Below, piece after piece: positions 42,530 to 51,698 of a DNA stretch of 64,000 nucleotides (position 1 is its first letter; each line of letters starts with the position of its first letter). A model generated the notes under the pieces. The model was not told the origin of the DNA, did no database searches, and saw only the letters and a program-made list of their open reading frames with translations. Position numbers and translations under genes: made by a program. The stretch comes from an uncultured delta proteobacterium. Lineage in GTDB: Bacteria; Desulfobacterota; Desulfobacteria; Desulfobacterales; QNYZ01. The DNA lies in contig CAWJQU010000002.1 of the NCBI GenBank assembly GCA_963845145.1, positions 96,001-160,000 of the forward strand, written 5' to 3'.

Positions 42530-44110
42530 ATGAAACATCGCCTGAACGTATTTATCATGGCTATTTTCGGTTTGCTCATTTTTGGCGCCCCGGTGCAGGG
42601 GTCGGATACACCCTCGAAGACAACCCATATTACCCAGTCATCGCAACACACGGTGAATACGGAAACCGAAAAGGAGCAGACAAACGGTCATACCGATGGT
42701 GATGCTTCATCGGGAACCCATCATTCGGCCGAATCTGATACTGCCCAATCCAATTCCGCCCATGGGCACGTGGAGCTGGGAACCATGCTGCCCCTTTGGA
42801 GTTGCATCCCCTTTGCCTGCATGCTTCTATCCATTGCGCTTTTTCCATTGGTAGCACCGCAATTCTGGCACCACCATTTTGGAAAAATCTCCGCATTCTG
42901 GGCGACCCTCATGGCGCTCCCCTTTGTTTACGCTTTCAAAGGCGCCGCCCTATACGAAATCCTGCATATTATTTTGGCCGATTATGTCCCGTTTATCATT
43001 CTGCTATGGTCCTTGTATACCGTATCCGGCGGTATCCTGTTGCGGGGCACCTTGCGGGGTACGCCCATTGTCAATACCATAATGTTGATCATCGGAACGA
43101 TCCTGGCATCATGGATGGGCACAACCGGTGCGGCCATGCTGCTCATTCGTCCCTTTCTGCGGGCCAATAGCCATCGTAAAAGCCGAACCTTTATGGTGGT
43201 TTTCTTCATTTTTTTGGTCGCTAATATCGGTGGTTCTTTGACCCCGTTGGGTGATCCACCGCTGTTTTTAGGCTTTTTGCACGGGGTGACCTTCTTCTGG
43301 ACCTTCAACATTCTACCCCACATGCTGGTTGTTTCTATTCTACTGCTGGTCATCTATTTTTTCTTAGACACCTATTTCTACCGCAAAGAGAACGTTACAG
43401 CCCCGGATGACGGCACCAAAGAGCCGCTAAAGCTGGAAGGAACTTACAACTTTATATTTTTAGGCGGCATCATCGGTGCGGTTTTGTTCAGTGGCATCAC
43501 GGACTTGGGCGAGGTCAACACCTTGGGTGTACACCGGGCGATACAAGACTGGACCCGCGATGGGCTGCTCATTGCCATGGGTATCCTGTCCCTGGTGGTT
43601 ACACCGATCCAGCTGCGTGAGGACAATGATTTTACCTGGTTTCCCATTATCGAGGTCGCCTACCTGTTTATCGGAATTTTTATCACCATGATTCCGTGTC
43701 TGGCGATTTTGAGGGCCGGCTCCGAAGGCGCTCTCGGATTTCTGGTCAATTCCGTGGTTGAACCGTACCATTACTTTTGGGTCACCGGCGCATTATCCGG
43801 TTTTCTTGATAACGCGCCGACGTATCTGACCTTTTTCAACACAGCCTTGGGCAGTTTTTATGCCGGCATGACGGAAGCCCAGGCAGTGCCGTTGTTGATG
43901 ACGGAGAACGCCATATATTTAAAAGCGATATCTACCGGAGCCGTCTTTTTTGGTGCCTGCAGCTATATCGGGAATGCCCCCAACTTCATGGTTCGATCAA
44001 TTTCCGAGGAAGCCGGTACCCCGATGCCGAGTTTTTTCGGTTACATTTTAAAGTATAGCCTGATCTTCTTAATCCCGTGTTTTGTGGTCGTTACGCTTAT
44101 CTTCTTTTAG
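42530..44110 (+). CDS. IT-superfamily transporter (putative sodium:proton antiporter family)
   Basis: GTTGAAMLLIRP, NIGGSLTPLGDPPLFLG, FLDNAPTY, YIGNAPNFMV; many TM segments; His-rich N-terminal loop. Confidence 0.85.
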   Translation: MKHRLNVFIMAIFGLLIFGAPVQGSDTPSKTTHITQSSQHTVNTETEKEQTNGHTDGDASSGTHHSAESDTAQSNSAHGHVELGTMLPLWSCIPFACMLLSIALFPLVAPQFWHHHFGKISAFWATLMALPFVYAFKGAALYEILHIILADYVPFIILLWSLYTVSGGILLRGTLRGTPIVNTIMLIIGTILASWMGTTGAAMLLIRPFLRANSHRKSRTFMVVFFIFLVANIGGSLTPLGDPPLFLGFLHGVTFFWTFNILPHMLVVSILLLVIYFFLDTYFYRKENVTAPDDGTKEPLKLEGTYNFIFLGGIIGAVLFSGITDLGEVNTLGVHRAIQDWTRDGLLIAMGILSLVVTPIQLREDNDFTWFPIIEVAYLFIGIFITMIPCLAILRAGSEGALGFLVNSVVEPYHYFWVTGALSGFLDNAPTYLTFFNTALGSFYAGMTEAQAVPLLMTENAIYLKAISTGAVFFGACSYIGNAPNFMVRSISEEAGTPMPSFFGYILKYSLIFLIPCFVVVTLIFF

Positions 44111-44173
44111 GGGGGCACCTTATGGTCAGAAAGCCCAGTCTTCCCGACAAGAATAAAACAGGAGATAGCTTAA

Positions 44174-45061
44174 ATGATGTTTAAAAAAATATTATTTTAC
44201 ACGCAGTTTAGGGAAATGGCGTTTAACTCTCTTGAAGCAATATTGGCCCTGAAACCGGCTGGCCTCGAGGAAGTGGTCCTCACTCATGTGGTTCCCCAGG
44301 AAGAAGTGGCCTTCGTGCCCTACGGCGGGTACCTGAAAGAAGAAGCTGAACGCATCAAGGAGACAGCCCGCATTCGGTTTGAAGAGTGGGAGGAAACCAT
44401 AGCCGCCAACGGCCTGACCAGCAAAATCAGAATTGAAGTCGGCGGCGTTAATCCCACCATTATGGATATTGCCGAAGAGGAGAAAGTCGATCTCATCGTC
44501 ACCGGCCGGAAAAAGCGCACACTATTGGAAAAGGTATACGTGGGTTCACATATTTTAGATTTGCTGCGACGAAGCAGCATACCCATCCTGATGGCCAAAT
44601 ATATGGTGGCTTACGAAATCGAGGGAGATGAATTTTCCCGTGTAAACGACCAGATCTTTGACCGCCCGCTTTTGACCACCGACTGGTCCGAACCATCTGA
44701 ACGTGCACGGGATGCCCTTGGCGCGTTAAAAGGTGTGGCCCAACAAGTATTGGTGGCCCATGTCATTGGTTCCAAGCTCGCTAAAGGGCAGGATCAAGAT
44801 GGCCTAAAGGCTTTACGGCTTGAAAGTGAAAATCGCCTGGAAGCGTATTGCCGCCGGATCGAAACTTTCGGCTTAACAGCTGAATCCCATTTGGCCGTGG
44901 GACGCACGGTGTCGGAAATTTTAAAAATATCCCGTGAACATAAAGCCACCATGATCGTTATGGGACGCACCGGCAAAGACTGGTTTGAAGAATACTGGTT
45001 GGGTGGGGTTACCCATCGTGTGGCCGAACTGGCAGAGATCCCCGTCCTGATTATTCCGTAA
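44174..45061 (+). CDS. tandem-domain universal stress protein
   Basis: VDLIVTG...VGS and MIVMGRTG...LGGVTHRV...PVLIIP. Confidence 0.9.
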   Translation: MMFKKILFYTQFREMAFNSLEAILALKPAGLEEVVLTHVVPQEEVAFVPYGGYLKEEAERIKETARIRFEEWEETIAANGLTSKIRIEVGGVNPTIMDIAEEEKVDLIVTGRKKRTLLEKVYVGSHILDLLRRSSIPILMAKYMVAYEIEGDEFSRVNDQIFDRPLLTTDWSEPSERARDALGALKGVAQQVLVAHVIGSKLAKGQDQDGLKALRLESENRLEAYCRRIETFGLTAESHLAVGRTVSEILKISREHKATMIVMGRTGKDWFEEYWLGGVTHRVAELAEIPVLIIP

Positions 45062-45141
45062 ATAGCAGATATGGCGGTCGCTCAGCCAAAACCGTTCAAT
45101 AGCAAATAACACAGTTAACAACTTGGAAACGATGAAATAAA

Positions 45142-48108
45142 ATGATTGATATTCTGGATCAAACGCCCATCGCTTTGGTTGGTGGGGGTCACTTTTGCAA
45201 ATTGTTATTGGAATTGTTTTATTCCGATCACTTTTCTGACCGACAACCGAAAATCCTCGGTGTTGCCGATCCCGACAACCAGGCCGAGGGGATGGTTTAC
45301 GCCCGTAAGAAAGGCATTTACACGACAAAACGGTATGAAACGCTATATAAGAAAAAAGGACTTCAAGTTATCATCGAAATCAGCGATGACGCGACGCTGG
45401 CTAAAGCGATCGAAAAAACGAAACCGGCGCACATTCGGTTAGTCAACCAGATCGAAAGCAGAACCCTGTGGTCCATACTTCAAGTTGAATCTGAAAAAGC
45501 CAAAATGCTTCAGGCGATCGAGCAGGGTAAAATCGGGGAATCGGATACCCGGGCGATGATCGGGCAATTTGCCGACCAAATCGAACAAATGATACGTGCC
45601 CGTGGTGAGCGTTATGAGCTGATTGAAAGAGAATTGAACAAAAATAAGCAGGAACTGGACCAAATTATCCAGGGCAACACGATTCCTACTTTTGTTATCG
45701 ACCAGAACCATGTCGTGACCCATTGGAATCGTGCCTGCGAAAAACTGACCGGTTACGCGGCCGAAAAACTCATCGGCACAAGTAACCACTGGAAACCGTT
45801 TCGTTCCAAAAAACGCCCGATCATGGCTGATCTTGTCCTGGACGGTATAAAAAAAGAAGATGCATTAAAATATTACGGTAAGAAATGGCATCGATCCTCT
45901 CTAATCGACGGCGCCTTTGAAGCGGAAGAATTTTTTTCACATCTGGGGGAAGATGGATTGTGGCTGTTTTTCACGGCGGCGCCTATCAAAACCCCGGATG
46001 GCAATATCATAGGGGCCATTGAAACCCTGCAGGATCGCACCGCCATAAAAAAGGCCAATGAAGAGACTATTCGCCAAAATGAATTACTGGCCGCCGCCCA
46101 GCAGGAAATGGCACAACTGATCCAGGGGAGCACCGTGCCGACATTTGTGATTAACCAAGACCATATTGTCACCCATTGGAACAAAGCTATTGAAAAACTA
46201 TCCGGGTACGGTGCTGAAGATATTGTGGGGACCAATAAACAATGGCTACCGTTTTGGAAGACCGAGCGCCCATCCATGGCCGATGTGGTTCTGGATCAGA
46301 CCTCGGAAGCGACTATTAAAAAATTGTACGAAGGAAAATGGCGCAAATCGTCCTTGATCGAAGATGCTTACGAAGCGGAAATGTTTCTACCCAATCTAGG
46401 CAAAACCGGGAAATGGTGCTGGTTTACGGCGGCGCCCATTCGGGATGCCAATGAAAAAATCATCGGCGCCATTGAAACCCTCTGGGATAAAACCGAAGAC
46501 AAACTGGCGGAAGAGGAGCGCAAACGGCACAATCGGGAGTTAAAAACTTTATGCTCTATTTACCAGTCACTGGGCGCCCCGCTGGATATCGAATTCAGGA
46601 TAAACCTGACCATGCGGCAAATCGCGGAGATTTTAGGGTCTGACTTTCTTTGTATCTACCTTTTAGGCAAAGACGGTCTCTACCATTTGAGATACAAGTA
46701 TGGTGTGGGCGGAAATATTTGTCAAAAAATGCCTATCGCCGATAGAGATAGTATGGTCTACGAAGTGGCTCAAAAAGGCCGCCTGGACACGTTTAACAAT
46801 TTAAACTCTAATAAAAACAACGAGCTAAAAATGCTCGGTGGGGAGGGTCTGGGATCGGTCGCTTACACGCCCATTTTTGACCGAAACAAAAATGTTCTGG
46901 GCGTTATGCGCTCCGGAAGTCGCCAAAGTCGATTGTACAGCGATGAAGAGAAAAATATTCTTGAATTGACCGGCAACCGAATCGGTGTAGCCATTGAGAA
47001 TTCAAACCTGCAGGAAGAGTTAAAGGATCGGGCTTACTTTCAGTCAAAACTGATTAAAAGCTCGAACAACGGCATTGTCGCGACCGACAATACTTGGAAA
47101 ATTATCGTCTTTAACCCCGAAGCCCAGGTTTTATTTGGATGTGATGAGGCCGATGTGGTGGGCAAAACGGACGCTCGCGACCTCTTTCCAAAAAAAGTCA
47201 TGGACCTCTTACTTGAAAATCAGGGGGCTGCCAAACCGATTGACGAAATGCCCTGGGAAGAGACAGCGATTAAAGTAAACGATCGAATCAAAATTCCGGT
47301 GATGTTTTCAGGAACTTTGCTCTATAGTGCCGGAAAGGTCATGGGCAGCGTGGTCTTCTTTCAGGATCTGCGGGAGGTCAAACGGCTCGAGCACGAATTG
47401 ATCAATAGTGAACAACTGGCGGCAGTGGGACAAACCGTTGCCGGCATGGCCCACTGTATAAAAAATATCTTGAACGGTTTTAAGGGTGGAAGTTACCTGT
47501 TAAATGTAGGCATTGACAAGGATAATTCCGGTAAGATAAAAAATGGCTGGGGGATGATCCAGCGCAACATCGACCGCACCTCCAATCTCGTCATGGACTT
47601 GCTGACCTATTCTCGGGACCGAGAACCCGAGTTCGAGCAATGTGTTCCCAATGACATCGTCGACGATGTGATCGAAGTGATGACGGAAAGTGCCGCCGAG
47701 CACGAAGTTGAACTGGTCCGAGAGCTTTCACCGGCCATCGGTGAGGTGGTTCTCGACCCTAAGGGTTTGCACCGCTGCCTGATGAACCTGGTATCCAATG
47801 CCATCGATGCCTGTTATTTCGATGACAGTGTTACCAAAAAACACCGGGTTGAAATTAAAACCGCCCTGGAAAACGATGCGTTTATCCGATTCGAAGTAAA
47901 AGATAATGGTGCCGGGATGGATGAAGAGCTAAGGACCAAGCTCTTTAAATCCGTTTTCAGCACCAAGGGGGCCAAAGGCACCGGCTTAGGGCTTTTGGTC
48001 ACCCGTAAATTGGTTGAAGAACATGAAGGTTCCGTGGATGTCTCCTCGACACTGGGCGAAGGAACGGTCTTTATGATTCGCCTGCCGCTAAAACGAATGG
48101 AAGAATGA
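45142..48108 (+). CDS. multi-sensor histidine kinase (Rossmann-like N-terminus, PAS-PAS-GAF-PAS, HisKA, HATPase)
   Basis: H box AGMAHCIKN, N box NLVSNAIDA, DNGAG, FSTK and GTGLGL; duplicated PAS units. Confidence 0.92.
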   Translation: MIDILDQTPIALVGGGHFCKLLLELFYSDHFSDRQPKILGVADPDNQAEGMVYARKKGIYTTKRYETLYKKKGLQVIIEISDDATLAKAIEKTKPAHIRLVNQIESRTLWSILQVESEKAKMLQAIEQGKIGESDTRAMIGQFADQIEQMIRARGERYELIERELNKNKQELDQIIQGNTIPTFVIDQNHVVTHWNRACEKLTGYAAEKLIGTSNHWKPFRSKKRPIMADLVLDGIKKEDALKYYGKKWHRSSLIDGAFEAEEFFSHLGEDGLWLFFTAAPIKTPDGNIIGAIETLQDRTAIKKANEETIRQNELLAAAQQEMAQLIQGSTVPTFVINQDHIVTHWNKAIEKLSGYGAEDIVGTNKQWLPFWKTERPSMADVVLDQTSEATIKKLYEGKWRKSSLIEDAYEAEMFLPNLGKTGKWCWFTAAPIRDANEKIIGAIETLWDKTEDKLAEEERKRHNRELKTLCSIYQSLGAPLDIEFRINLTMRQIAEILGSDFLCIYLLGKDGLYHLRYKYGVGGNICQKMPIADRDSMVYEVAQKGRLDTFNNLNSNKNNELKMLGGEGLGSVAYTPIFDRNKNVLGVMRSGSRQSRLYSDEEKNILELTGNRIGVAIENSNLQEELKDRAYFQSKLIKSSNNGIVATDNTWKIIVFNPEAQVLFGCDEADVVGKTDARDLFPKKVMDLLLENQGAAKPIDEMPWEETAIKVNDRIKIPVMFSGTLLYSAGKVMGSVVFFQDLREVKRLEHELINSEQLAAVGQTVAGMAHCIKNILNGFKGGSYLLNVGIDKDNSGKIKNGWGMIQRNIDRTSNLVMDLLTYSRDREPEFEQCVPNDIVDDVIEVMTESAAEHEVELVRELSPAIGEVVLDPKGLHRCLMNLVSNAIDACYFDDSVTKKHRVEIKTALENDAFIRFEVKDNGAGMDEELRTKLFKSVFSTKGAKGTGLGLLVTRKLVEEHEGSVDVSSTLGEGTVFMIRLPLKRMEE

Positions 48109-48119
48109 GATGCACGGGG

Positions 48120-48282
48120 TAAGGGCTCGCGCAAAAATAATTTCACAATTTTAAGCGCCGATGCATCCCGTCTGGCGGCGTTGTGAAAGCTCGGAATATC
48201 TCGATATTCCTGCACTTTCACGCCTTGCCAGGCGGGCGCCTCAACACCTAAAATTGTGAACTTATTTTTACACGAACCCTAA
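48120..48282. repeat. 163-bp palindromic intergenic element (MITE/REP-like)
   Basis: The left end TAAGGGCTCGCGCAAAAATAATTTCACAATTTTAAG matches the reverse complement of the right end, TTAGGGTTCGTGTAAAAATAAGTTCACAATTTTAGG. Pairing continues inward to the core GGAATATC-TC-GATATTCC. Confidence 0.85.
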
Positions 48283-48319
48283 GCACGTTAAGAAGTTAAG
48301 GCCATAGGGAGGTTACCCA

Positions 48320-48712
48320 ATGAGCAAGAAAGTATTAATAGTAGACGATGATCCTGATGTGAGATTGTTCAATGCGACGGTTGTTGAAGAAAGCGGCCAT
48401 ATTCCAGTCGAAGCCGAAAACGGCGAAGAAGGGCTCAAGATGGTCAAAGAGGAAGCCCCCGACCTGGTCATTCTGGACGTTCTGATGCCCAGACAAAGTG
48501 GAATCCGGCTCTACCGAGAGTTAAAAACCGATCGATCCCTAAAGAATGTCAAAGTGATCATGCTATCCGGGGTAGCCAAGCGTACGTTCATGCGTTCCCA
48601 GAAAGCGTTGACCGAGTTCGGTGGCGAGAAGGTTCCCGATCCTGAAATCTACATTGAAAAACCGGTTGAACCTGAAGAGCTGGCTGCAGCTATTGAAAAA
48701 ATGTTGAGCTGA
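48320..48712 (+). CDS. single-domain response regulator (receiver only)
   Basis: VLIVDDD, LDVLMP, MLSG, EKP; no output domain. Confidence 0.92.
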   Translation: MSKKVLIVDDDPDVRLFNATVVEESGHIPVEAENGEEGLKMVKEEAPDLVILDVLMPRQSGIRLYRELKTDRSLKNVKVIMLSGVAKRTFMRSQKALTEFGGEKVPDPEIYIEKPVEPEELAAAIEKMLS

Positions 48713-48778
48713 CACGGGCTGTCAGGGTTGTCGGCCTACATGAAAGTATTCAACTGAGCCGAAACGGTGGAGTCCCAA

Positions 48779-49663
48779 ATGAAGATCGAAAAGCTGTTAT
48801 TCGCCACTAAATTTGAAGAGCTGCAATTGGACGCCCTGCACTCTTTGCTAGATTTAAAAAAAGCGGATCTTAACCACGTCGTTTTTCTAAATGTCATCGA
48901 AAGAGAAAAAGTCGCCATGCGCCGTGGTGCCGGGTATAAGAAGGACGAAGCCATTCGCTTAAAAGAAAAAGCGAATATTCGTTTTATCGACTGGGCCGAA
49001 CACCTCCTCGAACAAGGCATGGAAGTGGGTGTGTATATCGTCGTCGGCGGTATGGCCCGCCATGTCATTGAGTCCGCTAAAAAAGAGGAAGTTGACCTTA
49101 TCGTGATCGGCCCTCAGAAAAAAAGCCCGTTGGAAAAGCTATACGCCGGCTCGGATATTATTGAGATAATCCGTGGCTCCGGTCTTCCGGTGCTTGTTTT
49201 CAAATACATGGATAAGGACAAACAGATCCTTGGAAAACCGTTTGATCGCCCATTGCTGACCACCGACTTCTCATCTGTCAGCGATCACACCATCGACTAT
49301 TTCTCAAGCCTTGGTGAGGTCATCGAAGAGATGCATGTAATCCATGTAATTGACGAGAAGCAACTGACCGGTGACTCAGCCATGTCGGTTCAAAAGGCGC
49401 GCAAAACCACGCGAAAAAAACTGGATGAAATTTGTGACCGGCTGGAAGATAAAGGCATTAATACAAGGGTTCATGTATATGTCGGTGAAACAGTATCTGA
49501 AATTGATAAAGCCGCCCGGGAATGCCGGGCGACAATGATTGTGGCGGGGACATCCAGCAAAAGCAGCTGGCGGAAGAAACTGTTGGGAAGTACACCTCAG
49601 ACCATTGCAGAGAAATCGCCCTTTCCAACATTGATTATTCCCCCCGGAAAAAATATAGTGTAA
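48779..49663 (+). CDS. tandem-domain universal stress protein
   Basis: VDLIVIG...AGS and MIVAG...LLGSTP...PTLIIP; clearly paralogous to 44174..45061. Confidence 0.9.
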   Translation: MKIEKLLFATKFEELQLDALHSLLDLKKADLNHVVFLNVIEREKVAMRRGAGYKKDEAIRLKEKANIRFIDWAEHLLEQGMEVGVYIVVGGMARHVIESAKKEEVDLIVIGPQKKSPLEKLYAGSDIIEIIRGSGLPVLVFKYMDKDKQILGKPFDRPLLTTDFSSVSDHTIDYFSSLGEVIEEMHVIHVIDEKQLTGDSAMSVQKARKTTRKKLDEICDRLEDKGINTRVHVYVGETVSEIDKAARECRATMIVAGTSSKSSWRKKLLGSTPQTIAEKSPFPTLIIPPGKNIV

Positions 49664-49772
49664 TTGAAATAAAGGTTTTTTATTTTCAACTGTTAACTAT
49701 CATGATGCCGATTCGGTTAATGCATCTCGTTGCTAAATTAAAGCCCGATACAATGTTAAGAAGGAGGAAATA

Positions 49773-50390
49773 ATGGCAGTCGTAACCATCTCAAGGCAAT
49801 ACGGCGCCGGGGGAAAAACGCTAGGAAAATTGCTGTCCAAGCGACTCAATTATACTTTTGCCGACAGTGATATTATTCAACGAATAGCCAAAGAGGCCAA
49901 TGTGTCTTCCGATTGGGTCACTTCATTTGAAAAAGAAGCCGGCAGCAAGGTAAGCCGGATGGTTTCAAAGATGGTCTCCCAACGGCTGGTCGATCGTGTG
50001 CTAAAAAATGAACGGGGATACCTGGATGAACAGATCTACCTGGACTACCTTGTCCTGATCATCGCCCAAATTGCCGATGAAGGGGATGTTGTTATCATGG
50101 GCCGGGGCAGCCAATATATTTTAGATGACCATCCGGATGCGTATCACATCCTGCTTATCAACAATACTGAAAACCGAATTAAATTCCTGATGGACAGTTA
50201 CCAATTTTCCGACAGGCAAGCCGCCCAGACGGTGAAATCCGAAGATCGCCGACGGGCCAGCCTGTATCGCAAGCTGGGAAAACAGGATTACGACAGTGCG
50301 TCGCTATATCATCTGGTCCTGAACATGGCCTACCTGGACATGCCGGCAGCGGTCGATCTCGTTCATCATCTGGTAACAACTAAAAAGTAA
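49773..50390 (+). CDS. cytidylate kinase-like family protein
   Basis: VTISRQYGAGG, VIMGRGS, DRRRA, YHLVLN; AAGGAGG SD. Confidence 0.88.
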   Translation: MAVVTISRQYGAGGKTLGKLLSKRLNYTFADSDIIQRIAKEANVSSDWVTSFEKEAGSKVSRMVSKMVSQRLVDRVLKNERGYLDEQIYLDYLVLIIAQIADEGDVVIMGRGSQYILDDHPDAYHILLINNTENRIKFLMDSYQFSDRQAAQTVKSEDRRRASLYRKLGKQDYDSASLYHLVLNMAYLDMPAAVDLVHHLVTTKK

Positions 50391-50404
50391 TTTTTGAATG
50401 GTAC

Positions 50405-51529
50405 CTAAGCGCCGACTAAAGCGGTTTGGCTCGAATCTATCTTATTATTTCCGTTTCCAACCGTATTCATAAGGGCTCTTGCCACCCTGTCATTTATTTT
50501 AACCCCTTGCAAAGATATGCGGATAAATTGATCGGAAAGGCCGTGAAAGTTACTGCAATCGCGGATTAATATGCGTTGCCGGGCCAGTTTCTGTGCAATA
50601 TTGGGTGCCTCCAATGAGTCCATCAGCTCAAGGAGCACATAGGAGGCATGGCTGGGATAGGGCTTGATATGTGGACATGCGGCCAGCTTTCGCATAAAAC
50701 GCCGGCGTTCCTGATTAATAAATTGGCGGCTCGATTGAACAAAGTCAGCTACCTTCGAGGCTGGGTCCATTAGATATTGAACCGCACACTGGGCCAGGCC
50801 ATTGACACTCCAAGGTGTTGCATATTTTTTAAACGCTTCAATGATTGGCGGTTTTGCAATCACAAAACCGACGCGAAGCCCCGGGATTCGGTATATTTTC
50901 GATAGCGAATGCAGGACAATTACATTTTCCAAACCCGCCCCAACCAGGGTGTGTGCCTGGTCATCATCGACAAACGATAGGTAAGACTCATCGATCACAA
51001 ACCGCGTTCGCCTGTGTTGCCGGCATAGGCTTTTCAATTGATCGCCCGATATCAACTGGCCGGTGGGATTATTGGGATTGCAGATCACCACCGTATCATA
51101 GGTGTCGGCCACGCTGCCAAGGTATTCCAGGTCCGGCTGGAACCCCGCTTTCGGTTCGGCAATTAAATGGTCGGGACACAAACCGTGCATTTTACAGGCA
51201 TCGGCGTAATCACTATAGGTGGGTGCCAGAATCAAGACCCGTCGACTCTTTAAAGCCGGTAGCATGGCATAGATAAACTGGGTCGTACCGCCGCCGGCTG
51301 AGATCTCGGAAGGCGTAATCCCCATAATCCCAGCCAAATCGGCACAAATGGTTGCACTATCAACTTCCGGCAAGGACAATATAACGTCGAGATTCTTCTT
51401 CAGGTGCCCCACCAGACCGGGCGGCGGGCCAAGGGCGTTCATATTGCTGCTGACATCGATGATGTCACTGGGGTGACACATCAGGGTACGCGCCAATTCA
51501 AATATATTACCGCCATGGCCCCGAATCAT
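50405..51529 (-). CDS. cobD: L-threonine-O-3-phosphate decarboxylase (class I/II aminotransferase fold)
   Basis: HGGNI, NPNNPTG, DESY, SLSKIYRIPGLRVG, IRDCSNF; at the end of the cbi operon. Confidence 0.87.
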   Translation of the reverse strand: MIRGHGGNIFELARTLMCHPSDIIDVSSNMNALGPPPGLVGHLKKNLDVILSLPEVDSATICADLAGIMGITPSEISAGGGTTQFIYAMLPALKSRRVLILAPTYSDYADACKMHGLCPDHLIAEPKAGFQPDLEYLGSVADTYDTVVICNPNNPTGQLISGDQLKSLCRQHRRTRFVIDESYLSFVDDDQAHTLVGAGLENVIVLHSLSKIYRIPGLRVGFVIAKPPIIEAFKKYATPWSVNGLAQCAVQYLMDPASKVADFVQSSRQFINQERRRFMRKLAACPHIKPYPSHASYVLLELMDSLEAPNIAQKLARQRILIRDCSNFHGLSDQFIRISLQGVKINDRVARALMNTVGNGNNKIDSSQTALVGA

Positions 51530-51698
51530 GTCAGTTCTCCAGATGTAAAATTAAAACTTTTCATAAATACCATTTTCATCCAATTTTAAATTGCGCCAAA
51601 TTATTTTTTCTCCAGGACCTCAAATGAGGTGTCCTTCGGGTGAACCGATTATCGGTTGAGGGTTCGCAGCCGCCATGCGGGCTACTGCGCCGGAGTTA

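Noticed and set aside
51530..51698. Cobalamin riboswitch before cobD
   Set aside because: No B12 box or GGGAA/GCCACTG core elements. Any operon riboswitch would lie upstream of cbiK, outside the window.
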